A DNA stretch of 64,000 nucleotides from a virus (taxonomy: Duplodnaviria > Heunggongvirae > Uroviricota > Caudoviricetes). The notes under the pieces were generated by a model. It was not told where the DNA came from, did no database searches, and saw only the letters and a program-made list of their open reading frames with translations. The stretch covers positions 3,162-67,161 of the IMG/VR virus record IMGVR_UViG_3300014205_000184; one strand, 5' to 3'. This document shows positions 1-9,038 of this stretch, piece by piece (the stretch's first letter is position 1; each line of letters opens with the position of its first letter). A program made the position numbers and the translations under genes.

Positions 1-1
1 A

Positions 2-328
2 AGAGAGTTTTTAAATGGTGATGCTCCGTACTGGAAGTATAATCAAGATGATGACCGTAAAAAGTATGATAGTCCTGATGGTCAAGTCTTAACGAAAGCG
101 TTGCTTGAAGAATTGTATTGGAATAGACAGATGTCAACAGTAGAGATATCCCGTGATTATTTCGGTAATATGATAAGCCCTTCAACAGTCTATACATGGA
201 TGAAGAAATACGGAATACGCAGAAGAACCCCATTCAATCAAATGCTCAGTCCTGATGAGTATGATGAATACCCCACAAGACAGACTCCTCTCCGTAATGT
301 TAAGAATGACAAAAACAGCGATTTTTGA
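2..328 (+). CDS. Homing-endonuclease-like protein, C-terminal fragment (5' end lies outside the window)
   Basis: The frame is open from nt 2 to TGA at 326-328. The tail LYWNRQMSTVEISRDYFGNMISPSTVYTWMKKYGI resembles the C-terminal HTH DNA-binding module of phage HNH/GIY-YIG homing endonucleases. Confidence 0.5.
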   Translation, partial: REFLNGDAPYWKYNQDDDRKKYDSPDGQVLTKALLEELYWNRQMSTVEISRDYFGNMISPSTVYTWMKKYGIRRRTPFNQMLSPDEYDEYPTRQTPLRNVKNDKNSDF

Positions 329-1142
329 TAACTACACAAACTGCATTTTTTATAAGCCATTAAGAAAAGATTTAGTTCTCATACAGTACCCGTGTAACTA
401 ATGGGTGAAAAAAAAGAGCTTTCCCAGGAATACACTTTTTTTTGGGGGTTGCTAGTTATGATATAAGGATGAGAACTAAATTATATCCTAATGGTTTATA
501 AATTTTAAAGTTTATCTAGTTAAAAACGGTCGGAATTGTTAACACTTTAAATATCTTACTTTTTATTCTTCCTTTCCAAAAGTGCGTTTTTTCGTTCTAC
601 AGTCGGAGAGCGTTTTTCTTTAAATGCAACTTAGCCCAAATCTAACTTTTTGACGCTCTCCACACAGGATGGAACCTTACTACTTTACTGTAAATTGAGC
701 AAGCGGTTATACCCTCCCAAACTCCTATACTATATACCTTATCCTATTATATATATATTACTATACCCATCTACCTTAATCTTTCACCGCTAACGCCCGA
801 GACACGAGTATCAAGTATCAAGTATCAAGTACTAAGCACCGCACCTCAACTGTCTACCCTCAAGCACCCTTTATCTTTTACCGATACACTACCACTTTAC
901 TAGTCTTTCACTCTCTAACTAGAGAGTAATCCGTTACTGTCTACTTAGACAGCAACACGGCGTGTCATTCTACACTCGCGCCTCGTGCGTAGGAATATGA
1001 AGCGTTTCCGAGAGACACGAGTATCGAGGCTCGCCTGTTCATTTTCGACTTTTACCCTCAAATTTCAATCCTTGTGTGGCCCAGCTCTAAAATTACTTTT
1101 GTTTGAGCTAAAAAAGAAGGTGAAGATAGTTCACCTAGACGC

Positions 1143-1170
1143 TTGCTTTTTAAAGTATATATGATATACT
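1143..1170 (+). promoter_or_regulatory. Sigma-A-type promoter (TTGCTT-N16-TGaTATACT) upstream of the first gene of the + array
   Basis: -35 TTGCTT at 1143-1148, extended -10 TG at 1162-1163, and -10 TATACT at 1165-1170. Confidence 0.5.
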
Positions 1171-1227
1171 TCTAGTGTAGTAGAAGTATGTAAACGAAAG
1201 TGCAAGCATGAGTTAAAGGAGAATAAA

Positions 1228-1593
1228 ATGCTTACCACCAAAGAGTCAAAGTATGTAAAGATGATGAAAGTTATACAGGAGAAGAATAGCAGAAGAGGAG
1301 CGGATAACCGTGCACGAGGGGAAGCCTTTGAGTTTAGAGTAATGCGTAAGTTCAAGTGTCGGAGTGATGTGATGTGGGTAGTAAGGAGTGCTGGTAGTCA
1401 TAGTATTATAGATATAATTGTGCAGATGAAGAATAAGAAGCAGGTGTGGATAACGTGCAAAACAAATTCTTATACAGAGCCGGGTGAGAGAAGAAAAATC
1501 AGGGAAGCGGTCGAGTGTAAGCCTGATAATGTAGAGGTTAGAGAGTATTATTATAGTTCGCCGAAAGTGATGAGGTATAGGACGATAGGGTAA
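1228..1593 (+). CDS. Hjc/PD-(D/E)xK-like nuclease (archaeal Holliday-junction-resolvase-like fold)
   Basis: RBS GGAGAA. The pattern GEAFEFRV...VVRSAGSHSIIDIIV...WITCK resembles the Hjc core G.fEr...vRsgGS...DiiA...EvK. The active-site E is not strictly conserved. Confidence 0.45.
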   Translation: MLTTKESKYVKMMKVIQEKNSRRGADNRARGEAFEFRVMRKFKCRSDVMWVVRSAGSHSIIDIIVQMKNKKQVWITCKTNSYTEPGERRKIREAVECKPDNVEVREYYYSSPKVMRYRTIG

Positions 1594-1605
1594 AGGAGGT
1601 CATTG

Positions 1606-1771
1606 TGAAAGTAAGAGTTGAGTATAGCAGTATATTTGCGGATAGAGCGTATGTGAGTGAAGTTATAGTAGGAGATTTCAAGTGTCGAGGCAAGAGTAAT
1701 GCGGTTAAGAACGATAGATTTCTAGGTAAGTTAAGTAAGTTAGTTGATGAGTATAATAAGCGAGGTGAGTA
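1606..1771 (+). CDS. Hypothetical small protein (GTG start)
   Basis: RBS AAAGGAGG lies 6 nt upstream of GTG. The ORF fills the gap between flanking genes and ends TAATG-coupled to the next gene. Confidence 0.4.
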
Positions 1772-2284
1772 ATGAGTATAACGCATTTGTTGCCTAGTGA
1801 AGAGATATGGTTGAAGAGCAGTAAAGAGTATAGGCATGATATTAAGGAGAGGTTGACGGAGATAAGTAAGGATATAGGCTCGAGTCCTGATGATAGAAAA
1901 CAGGCGAGTAAGATGTTAATGCAGTATTTCTCTGGGAGTGAGAAGAAGGTCGAGTCGTTGAATGTAAAGCAGTATGAGGCGAGGCCGAGGGGAAGGCAGA
2001 GGGAGTTTATCCCTGTGTTAGTGTGTAAGACGTGTGGGAAGGTTAGTGATAAGGTTATGGAGTATGAAGATGCGGCGCTTGTTAGTGAGAAGAGGAAGAC
2101 GTGGAAGAGGACGATACGGCCTAATTTAAACTTTTATATAAAGGTTAGCGGTAAGAAGCGTAGGAGTCGAAGAATATTCTTTGCGTATAAGATGGTTGAG
2201 TGTATACGGAAGAAGCATAAGTTGACGTTGAGGTATGAAGATAAGAGTATAGCTGATATGGGGTTTGCGTACCGCGGGAAGTGA
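1772..2284 (+). CDS. Hypothetical protein (contains a CxxC)
   Basis: 170-aa ORF, translationally coupled (TAATG) to the upstream gene. No recognisable domain. Confidence 0.55.
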   Translation: MSITHLLPSEEIWLKSSKEYRHDIKERLTEISKDIGSSPDDRKQASKMLMQYFSGSEKKVESLNVKQYEARPRGRQREFIPVLVCKTCGKVSDKVMEYEDAALVSEKRKTWKRTIRPNLNFYIKVSGKKRRSRRIFFAYKMVECIRKKHKLTLRYEDKSIADMGFAYRGK

Positions 2285-2309
2285 TGGGAACGGTGAAAGG
2301 AGATGATGT

Positions 2310-2612
2310 ATGGAGAAGAGTAAAAAGATTACACTTGCTACGCTTAAGAGTTTTATAAGGAAGAATAACGGGAATTTATATATAAATGTTACTTCTGATT
2401 TTAATGGTATGACTGACTGTGTTGAGCAGGTAAGTAATGGTGTAAGTAAGTGCGTATATGAGAATGAGTATGAGAGGTATACTTTAGGAATAAAAGGTGT
2501 TTGGGTGGTGGGTGGTACGAGAAACTATTTTACATCATTTGAGGATGATAAGTTTAAAGGTATAAAAGTATCAAATTGTTGCGGAAGTTTTGTTGTTATG
2601 GTGGTTAAATAA
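2310..2612 (+). CDS. Hypothetical protein
   Basis: RBS AAAGGAGATG. 100-aa ORF. Confidence 0.5.
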   Translation: MEKSKKITLATLKSFIRKNNGNLYINVTSDFNGMTDCVEQVSNGVSKCVYENEYERYTLGIKGVWVVGGTRNYFTSFEDDKFKGIKVSNCCGSFVVMVVK

Positions 2613-2818
2613 GAGGAAGAAGGTGTTAAATGATTAGATACACAAAACATTACCGTATAAAACTTGCGATTGCTCATTTGAAAGATTTCTTTTGTATATT
2701 ATTCTTTAATAAAGAATTCGGGTTTTCTGCCGATTTTTATGAAAAAGAAATTCTATTAGGTATAGATGTTCGTTCAAAACAAAGAACGATAAAATGAGGT
2801 GTGATGTGAAAGGAGAGA

Positions 2819-2980
2819 TATGAAGATGAGCGATAAAAAGAAGTATGAAGTTATTATATGGTGCGATGATAAACAGTGGCTTGTTGAAGCTACTGATAAA
2901 GGATATATACCCGTGGGTATGGTGGATAGGATAGTTGAGATAATGGCGAAACGTGAAATAAAGATAACCAAAACTATATG
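2819..2980 (+). CDS. Hypothetical small protein
   Basis: RBS AAAGGAGAG precedes the ATG. 53 aa. Confidence 0.4.
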
Positions 2981-2993
2981 AAATGAGGAGTGT

Positions 2994-3302
2994 ATGTACG
3001 AACTAATGAGGATTAGTGAAGATGAGTTTCATGTAATTAAGTTTGACCATGGTATGTTCCCCGAGCAGGATTATAGTGTAGTAAAGAAGGGTGTGATAAT
3101 ATCGTGCAATTGCATAGCGGGAAAGATACATAAGGTGTGTAAACACGGAGAATGGGTAAAGAGCGTGTTAAAAGGAAAAGTGAATGAGTTACCTGAGGGG
3201 GTGAAGTTAGTCAGGCAAGTGGATGGGGTTAAGATACGGGATAATTTCTTAAAGAATTTATTAAAAGTAAAAGAAATGAAAAAGAGGAAGGTGAAGGTAT
3301 GA
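2994..3302 (+). CDS. Hypothetical protein
   Basis: RBS GAGGAG. 102 aa. Lys-rich C-terminus. Confidence 0.5.
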   Translation: MYELMRISEDEFHVIKFDHGMFPEQDYSVVKKGVIISCNCIAGKIHKVCKHGEWVKSVLKGKVNELPEGVKLVRQVDGVKIRDNFLKNLLKVKEMKKRKVKV

Positions 3303-3367
3303 AACAAAAAACAAAGTATGTGAATGAGATAAGCGGTCGAATGAAGTTGATATAAAGGAGATGTGAT

Positions 3368-3637
3368 ATGACGGAGATAAAGTATGTATATTGCGAAACA
3401 ATGGAAAATATGGATGCGAGTCTAAAAGATAAGATGAAGATACATAGGTACGTTAAAACATTACAGAAAAGTAACATACAACTTATTGGGGCTTTAAAGA
3501 TGTTTTTAGATAACCCAGTAATCTATAAAGTTTCAGATAAGCAAGACTTAACGGACGAAATGCAGTTTGCAAAGAGGATGATTAGTAAAGCTGAGGACTT
3601 ATTAACAATAATGTTAAAAAAGGACCGTGAAGCATGA
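3368..3637 (+). CDS. Hypothetical protein
   Basis: RBS AAAGGAGATG. 89 aa. Confidence 0.5.
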   Translation: MTEIKYVYCETMENMDASLKDKMKIHRYVKTLQKSNIQLIGALKMFLDNPVIYKVSDKQDLTDEMQFAKRMISKAEDLLTIMLKKDREA

Positions 3638-3757
3638 AAAAGAAACGGTGTAAAAGTTATATAAAAGATATAGGGTGTGTTGCGGGTCAAGGATATCCAT
3701 TAGATGAGGAGTGTAGAGGTCATAAGAATAACGAGTGTCACGAAACAAGGAGTGAAG

Positions 3758-4129
3758 ATGAAGAACCCGGTAGCGTTGTTTATAGAGAGAAGATTAAAAA
3801 ATCAAGAGCGTAAGAATAGGACAGCGGCAGAGTTGATTTCGTGGTATTATTTAGATAAGTATGCGATTGAGTCAAGAGATTTACAGTATAAAAACGCACA
3901 GGAAGAAGTTAGAGCGTTAGGCTTGACGCAGATAAGTGTAAAAGGTAATGAGTTGTGTATTACGTTATCACGACCGGGGATTTTGATAGGCAGAAAAGGT
4001 GAGAATATCGATAAGTTTGAAAGGTATATGAATGATAAAGGCGGGTTTACGAAGATAAAAATTGTAGAAGATAGAGTTATCGGGTGTTCAATACCGTATG
4101 ATTATTCTGATATAGATGAGTTCATGTAA
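3758..4129 (+). CDS. KH-domain RNA-binding protein
   Basis: Internal start with AGGAG 6 nt upstream. The motif GILIGRKGENI is a KH GXXG loop. Confidence 0.5.
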   Translation: MKNPVALFIERRLKNQERKNRTAAELISWYYLDKYAIESRDLQYKNAQEEVRALGLTQISVKGNELCITLSRPGILIGRKGENIDKFERYMNDKGGFTKIKIVEDRVIGCSIPYDYSDIDEFM

Positions 4130-4295
4130 GAAAGGATGTTTCGATGGAATGTATAAAATGGTATTTCACGAGATATTTCAAGACACATTGGTTTAGATAT
4201 ATAATTCATCCAGTGCATAAGAGTGAAGATAATAAGTTTTTTAGGGTGTTGTGGTGGTATAGATATAACTATGACAGTGTAAAAGGAGTTTCAGT

Positions 4296-4538
4296 ATGAA
4301 CAAGTACGAAAAAGAGTTACAGAAATTAAAATCGGATGATGAAGTGTGCGGAGTAATAGAGTACTCTAAAGGGTATAGTAAAATTATTACAGCTGGGCAT
4401 GGGTATCTTGTAGTTCCGAGAGGAGATAAGAATTTCGAGAAAGCGGCTCAGATTTGTGCGTTTGGGTATATAGGTAAACACGCTGTATATCTTGAAGAAG
4501 ATTGTGAATTAGGTGAGTTCTTGAGAGGTGTGAAGTGA
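4296..4538 (+). CDS. Hypothetical protein
   Basis: RBS AAAGGAG. 80 aa. Confidence 0.5.
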   Translation: MNKYEKELQKLKSDDEVCGVIEYSKGYSKIITAGHGYLVVPRGDKNFEKAAQICAFGYIGKHAVYLEEDCELGEFLRGVK

Positions 4539-4717
4539 AAATAAACAAAATATTTTTAAGATATATTTTACAACGTTTACCTATGTATCATGATGAGGTA
4601 TTATCTTTAGAGCAGATTATAAAACATTTTGGGTTAGATGATGATAAAGATTATAACCCAGAAGCGACACAAGAAGAGTTGGTTGAGTATATAATGAATA
4701 AAATAAGTGAGGAGTAA
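4535..4717 (+). CDS. Hypothetical protein (GTG start overlapping the upstream stop)
   Basis: GTGA overlap coupling. 60 aa. Confidence 0.4.
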   Translation: MKINKIFLRYILQRLPMYHDEVLSLEQIIKHFGLDDDKDYNPEATQEELVEYIMNKISEE

Positions 4718-4718
4718 A

Positions 4719-5102
4719 ATGAAATGCGATAAATGCGGATGTGAAGGAGAAATATACATGGTCACGTGCAATAAGTGTAATAGGAGTACACATACTCAGT
4801 TGCCGTGGCATGTGCAGAAAGAAACATTGCCTGAGTTGTATATCGGCTCAAAAAAGGGATTGTGGAGCAATATGATAAAAGTGTTTGCAAGCCCAAGTAG
4901 AAAAGAAGAGGCAAAAGCAAATGCTGAGTTTATAGAACGTGCTTGTAATAACCATTATAAACTTGTAGAAACATTGAATGATATGGTTGAACGATGGGAA
5001 GCTGTAACCTCATTATTTAATGGGAAGGAATATAATAATGTTAGACCTGATACATCAATCATGCTTTGTAAACAAGTAATCGAAGAAGCGGAAAAGAAAT
5101 AA
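4719..5102 (+). CDS. Hypothetical zinc-ribbon protein
   Basis: RBS GAGGAG. N-terminal CDKCGC...CNKC Cys pairs. Confidence 0.5.
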   Translation: MKCDKCGCEGEIYMVTCNKCNRSTHTQLPWHVQKETLPELYIGSKKGLWSNMIKVFASPSRKEEAKANAEFIERACNNHYKLVETLNDMVERWEAVTSLFNGKEYNNVRPDTSIMLCKQVIEEAEKK

Positions 5103-5109
5103 CAAAGCA

Positions 5110-5359
5110 ATAACTGATGGCGTTCACGTAGAAAACGCAAACTATAATGCAAAGGGCAAGCGTTTTACTGATAGATTGAAATTACCGGAGAATTCGGAAG
5201 CTACGAGATAACAAAGTTGCTTAGCAATACGGAGTTATCTTGCCGAACGTGAAATGTGTGATATGACGTAACCGTAGAATTAGATACAAGACCCTACGGA
5301 AAACAATCACACCGTTCTATCGAGAAGCCCTGTTGAGAGTTCGATTCTCTCCAGTTGTT
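5110..5359 (+). ncRNA. tRNA-like / tmRNA-like structured RNA (paralog of the element at 32590-32825)
   Basis: Canonical T-arm GAGAG-TTCGATT-CTCTC at 5335-5351. A 7-bp acceptor pairing joins ATAACTG (5110-5116) to CAGTTGT (5352-5358). A D-arm-like hairpin GCGTT-N9-AACGC follows the 5' strand. The roughly 190-nt internal region is rich in stems. Both strands are non-coding. Confidence 0.5.
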
Positions 5360-5382
5360 GTTCATATAACAAGGAGTTTATA

Positions 5383-5715
5383 ATGAGAAAAGTACAATGT
5401 AATTGGTGTGAAAGTATATTTTACGAAGAAAAGATTACGCTTGATGGTGAAACTGAACATTGCCCAATTTGCAAGATAAGCGGGTATTTAATGGATATAC
5501 GAGATAATAAAAAAATATATCTTGAACCGAGTATGTTACCGCCTAAAAGAGGCTTTGTTTTAACAGGCGAGAAACGAGAACCGAAGAAAGATGAGTGGTA
5601 TTTGAGTGGAGCGATACCCGAGGCGTATCAAGCGTTTAATGATTTAAGTGAAAAGTATTTAATATTAAGAATGGTGAATATAAAGTATGTACCAGGGCAT
5701 TATGAATTAGCTTAA
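5383..5715 (+). CDS. Hypothetical zinc-ribbon protein
   Basis: RBS AAGGAG. Carries CNWC...CPIC. Confidence 0.55.
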   Translation: MRKVQCNWCESIFYEEKITLDGETEHCPICKISGYLMDIRDNKKIYLEPSMLPPKRGFVLTGEKREPKKDEWYLSGAIPEAYQAFNDLSEKYLILRMVNIKYVPGHYELA

Positions 5716-5730
5716 GAAAGGAGAGTTGTA

Positions 5731-6012
5731 ATGGCAAATGAGAAGAAAGGTCAGTTGCGTGTGTGGCATATACCCCAAGTTCCGGGTAAGGCGTTTAAAG
5801 TAAATGTCAAAGATGTAGTTGAGGCGATTAAGATACTGGACATACTTGCGAAGTATGATGATTTTGAGTTTCGAGAGAGAGTAAAACCTGATTATAGTAA
5901 TGTGCAAGGGTTAGAAGAGTTTGACGGTAAAGAGTGGTGTGAGTATTATAATGAAGATGGTCAGAGTATAACAGAAATAGCGGACGAGATGAGTGAAGTA
6001 GAGATAAAATAA
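5731..6012 (+). CDS. Hypothetical protein
   Basis: RBS AAAGGAGAG. 93 aa. Confidence 0.55.
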   Translation: MANEKKGQLRVWHIPQVPGKAFKVNVKDVVEAIKILDILAKYDDFEFRERVKPDYSNVQGLEEFDGKEWCEYYNEDGQSITEIADEMSEVEIK

Positions 6013-6260
6013 TGCTAAATAATAAAAGAGGATTTTTTGAAGAAGACTTATTTAAAATTATATGGGTAATATTGTTATTATCAATAATGTTGACACCCGT
6101 TATAAGTTTATTCAAAGCATCAGTAGAAGTTAAGGTGTATAATTCTAAATATAATACGCATTATACTCCATTTGAGTTTTTATTTGCGAGAGATACGATA
6201 TTAGATTATACAGGTGAAGGTAAACAACAGAAAATCAATTTAAAAGTGGAGAATAAATAA
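6012..6260 (+). CDS. Hypothetical membrane protein
   Basis: ATGA-coupled start. One hydrophobic segment IIWVILLLSIMLTPVISLF. Confidence 0.5.
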   Translation: MLNNKRGFFEEDLFKIIWVILLLSIMLTPVISLFKASVEVKVYNSKYNTHYTPFEFLFARDTILDYTGEGKQQKINLKVENK

Positions 6261-6261
6261 G

Positions 6262-6672
6262 ATGTGTGTCCACAAAGTATTAAGGAATAAACAGTATTAT
6301 GAAAAAGATAAGGTTTATGTTGGGTATAAAATATTGACGTATGAAAAATCAGCGTGTGAAAGAACTGGAAAATATATTACATTGTGTGCGAATAGAGTAT
6401 TGGAACCCAATAAATGGTTAAAAGCAAAACCAGCATCGAGTGATTTAGTATCACGGACATATTTGTATAGTAAAGGGTTTCATGCTTATATGACAAGAAG
6501 ACAAGCGGAGATTGAGTTTGTTAGAAGGGGGTATTGTCGTGATGTTGTTATAAAGAAGGTGTACTTAAGAGATATTGTATGCTCCGGTGAAAATATAGTA
6601 GGTGAAAAGATAATAGTAGCGAATAATATGATGGTGAAAGGTAGAATAAAAATAACAAAAAGGAGATGGTAA
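6262..6672 (+). CDS. Hypothetical protein
   Basis: 136-aa ORF coupled to the upstream stop. Confidence 0.55.
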   Translation: MCVHKVLRNKQYYEKDKVYVGYKILTYEKSACERTGKYITLCANRVLEPNKWLKAKPASSDLVSRTYLYSKGFHAYMTRRQAEIEFVRRGYCRDVVIKKVYLRDIVCSGENIVGEKIIVANNMMVKGRIKITKRRW

Positions 6673-6806
6673 TGACAAAAGAAGAAAGAAAAAAGCATCT
6701 GTATACAATAGCCAATTATCTGATAATGGAGCAGATGAAAGGTATTAAAATTGATGTAGAGGTTAGTGTAGCCATGAGTGCGTTATTGAAAGATGTAGAG
6801 AAATAA
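6672..6806 (+). CDS. Hypothetical small protein
   Basis: TAATG-coupled start. 44 aa. Confidence 0.35.
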   Translation: MTKEERKKHLYTIANYLIMEQMKGIKIDVEVSVAMSALLKDVEK

Positions 6807-6820
6807 CAAAGGAGGATGTC

Positions 6821-7000
6821 GTGTTAGTATCAAAACTGATTAAACAGTTACAGAAGTTACCAGTGGGGAGTAAGATTTCGATGTCAAGTGATGAGGAGTT
6901 AAATAACGTGTTTAAGAATTTTTCTATAGACCAATTAGAAGACAATCTTAAAGAATACATTATTGTGCCTGACGAGTCTTCGTCACAAGAGTGGGATTGA
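6821..7000 (+). CDS. Hypothetical small protein (GTG start)
   Basis: RBS AAAGGAGG 6 nt upstream of GTG. 59 aa. Confidence 0.35.
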   Translation: MLVSKLIKQLQKLPVGSKISMSSDEELNNVFKNFSIDQLEDNLKEYIIVPDESSSQEWD

Positions 7001-7189
7001 TTATGAGTAATATGAAATTCTTTTTTCTATGTGCCGTTATATGTGGCGCACATGGTAATGTGCAATTTTGTATGTTGTTTGCATCGCTTTGGCTGCTTGA
7101 GGTATATGCTTTTTTAGAGGCGAACAAATGAAACAAATTAAAATAAATGAGATGGATAAAATGATGAAATAGAGGAGAGGGGAGTTATA

Positions 7190-7408
7190 ATGTTTAAAAT
7201 AAATAGTGTAGAAGTGTTCGTTACGGCAAAAAAAGACATAAGTGAGAATAGTTTAAGAGATTTGGTTTTAAATCATAAAATCATAAAGTATCTTACAAGT
7301 AACGGTTGTCTTATAGATAATATAGACTTTGATGATTATTTAGGTGGTGGTGAAGCACAGTTTATAGTTACACTTTCATCAGGAGAACAGAATGAAAATA
7401 AAAAATAA
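7190..7408 (+). CDS. Hypothetical protein
   Basis: RBS GGAGAGGGGAG. 72 aa. Confidence 0.5.
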   Translation: MFKINSVEVFVTAKKDISENSLRDLVLNHKIIKYLTSNGCLIDNIDFDDYLGGGEAQFIVTLSSGEQNENKK

Positions 7409-7742
7409 GAAATATCGATTATTGTGGAGCGAACATCATAGTGAAAAGAATTGGGGTGGTAAAGGTGAAATGTCAAGACTGCTATATGATAGTTTAAAAC
7501 ATAAAAAAAGGTTTGTTAGAGTTGACGTTCATAACTCACCGTATGATACTGATAGCGACTGGTTGGAATGTGATATAGAGGTAATGTTTGAAGCTAGAAG
7601 TCTAGCTAAAGCGGTAGAAGTAGTTAAGAAACTCCCACATAATGGGATATATGCGTTGCAAGAAAAGCTCAAACAAGGATGGGCAACTGTATATACAGAA
7701 GAGGATGAACAGATAGATATGCAATTAGAGGAGAAGAAATGA
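7392..7742 (+). CDS. Hypothetical protein
   Basis: 116 aa. The start overlaps the upstream gene. Confidence 0.5.
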   Translation: MKIKNKKYRLLWSEHHSEKNWGGKGEMSRLLYDSLKHKKRFVRVDVHNSPYDTDSDWLECDIEVMFEARSLAKAVEVVKKLPHNGIYALQEKLKQGWATVYTEEDEQIDMQLEEKK

Positions 7743-7960
7743 AACTAAAAGCTCATTGTAAGGAGTGTATCAAAAATGATACATTTAATCATGATATATG
7801 CGTAGGATGTGTGCATAATGATAGGGAGGTGGTTGTGTTTCAAAAGCCGTGTAAAGATTGTCCTGATAAGGGTAGTGGCGTGTGTCAAGAATGTTATTGC
7901 GAACAGTGTCAGCGTGGAACGTGTAGAGGGTGCAATAAAAATCAGGAGTATAAAAAATGA
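7739..7960 (+). CDS. Cys-rich small protein (multiple CxxC zinc-finger-like pairs)
   Basis: ATGA coupling. Carries CKEC...CVGC...CKDC...CQEC.CEQC...CRGC. Confidence 0.5.
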   Translation: MKLKAHCKECIKNDTFNHDICVGCVHNDREVVVFQKPCKDCPDKGSGVCQECYCEQCQRGTCRGCNKNQEYKK

Positions 7961-8175
7961 AACAGTACGAAGGTTCAGTTATAGTTATTATAGGTGGTGT
8001 TGTATCAGAGAATATCCCGTTTGATGACGCTAAGGAAGGAGAGCGTATATTCATTGATAAATGCGAAGAACACGTTAGTAATTGGGATGAGTATAATGGG
8101 AGCGATATAGAGAGTGTGTTAGACGCCGGGCTTGCTGAATTTGGGAGAGGGAGTATATGTTTATCATGGTTTTAA
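7957..8175 (+). CDS. Hypothetical protein
   Basis: ATGA coupling. 72 aa. Confidence 0.5.
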   Translation: MKQYEGSVIVIIGGVVSENIPFDDAKEGERIFIDKCEEHVSNWDEYNGSDIESVLDAGLAEFGRGSICLSWF

Positions 8176-8192
8176 ATAAGAAAGGAGATTAA

Positions 8193-8564
8193 GTGAATAT
8201 TTTATTAGGCTTCGGTAAGGCTCATTTTGATTTAACTAAGAGTAAAGCGAGAGAGTTAGTTGACGCGGTTAAGATGTGTAAAGATGAGCAAACGGTTAAA
8301 GAGTATGCTGAAAAATACGCTGAAAGTTTAGGAACTTATAAGACAGATAAGTATGAGTGGGCGATTTTTAAAATAAGAGAAGTAGCAGTGTTTAGTGGTT
8401 ATTCGCAACAGCACGGGATTATGATTGAAGGTGTTCATTCGCATTATAGAGGTGACCACCCGTTATCATCTGACGGTTTTGCGATGTTAGATGTACACTT
8501 TGCAATGGTGTATATAAATGATGATATTTGGGGTGAAAGAATTTACATATCAACAGGAGAATAA
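8193..8564 (+). CDS. Hypothetical protein (GTG start)
   Basis: RBS AAAGGAGAT precedes the GTG. 123 aa. Confidence 0.5.
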   Translation: MNILLGFGKAHFDLTKSKARELVDAVKMCKDEQTVKEYAEKYAESLGTYKTDKYEWAIFKIREVAVFSGYSQQHGIMIEGVHSHYRGDHPLSSDGFAMLDVHFAMVYINDDIWGERIYISTGE

Positions 8565-8565
8565 A

Positions 8566-8781
8566 ATGACAAGTAAGGACTATGATGTTGTGGCTAATTG
8601 CGTAGCGGCATCATGTGTTGAATTAGAGTTGTATGATAACCAATGCGTAGCTTTAATAAATTGTTTTACCGGGATGTTATCGTTAGATAATTATAGATTT
8701 AGCCCAGAAACATTTCGCACGGTTACAGCGGTTAAAATAAAACAGTATAAAGAAAAACAAAAACAGGAGAGAGTGTCATGA
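8566..8781 (+). CDS. Hypothetical protein
   Basis: RBS CAGGAGAA with TAAAATG. 71 aa. Confidence 0.45.
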   Translation: MTSKDYDVVANCVAASCVELELYDNQCVALINCFTGMLSLDNYRFSPETFRTVTAVKIKQYKEKQKQERVS

Positions 8782-9038
8782 CAAAAAAAGAGTTACTTGG
8801 TGAGCTTAAACTACCTCGAAAAAATTTAAGATTATTGTTAATTCAAGATGCGTTAAAAGCGGTTAATAGTGAACTTAAAGCTAAGGAGTTATATCAGGCT
8901 GTTATGGATAATGATAAGAAATACCTAAAAAATATAGGTATGATTTTAAAAGATTATGTATGGTACATAATACATTGTAGCGACCAAGAATTGTTAATGT
9001 CGGCGCTTGTAACAATAAGAGGAAGGAGTCAGAAGTAA
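8778..9038 (+). CDS. Hypothetical protein
   Basis: ATGA coupling. 86 aa. Confidence 0.5.
   Translation: MTKKELLGELKLPRKNLRLLLIQDALKAVNSELKAKELYQAVMDNDKKYLKNIGMILKDYVWYIIHCSDQELLMSALVTIRGRSQK

Noticed and set aside
814-836. Tandem heptamer (AGTATCA)x3, considered as a CRISPR-like repeat or microsatellite.
   Set aside because: Only three 7-nt units with no spacers. It is far too short and simple for a CRISPR array. It is kept only as part of the repeat-rich left-end region.
2664-2700. A possible promoter (TTGCGA or TTGAAA followed by TATATT) upstream of gene 2819.
   Set aside because: Neither -35 candidate gives a 16-18-nt spacer to a good -10 hexamer.
5335-5359. A standard 75-nt tRNA ending at the TTCGATT T-arm.
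   Set aside because: No D-arm, anticodon arm or acceptor partner could be placed within about 75 nt. The acceptor pairing only closes with a 5' strand about 240 nt upstream.
7004-7114. A small ORF at 7004 (MSNMKFFF...).
   Set aside because: On recounting, the frame terminates after 36 codons with no RBS and an unconvincing composition. It is not reported as a gene.
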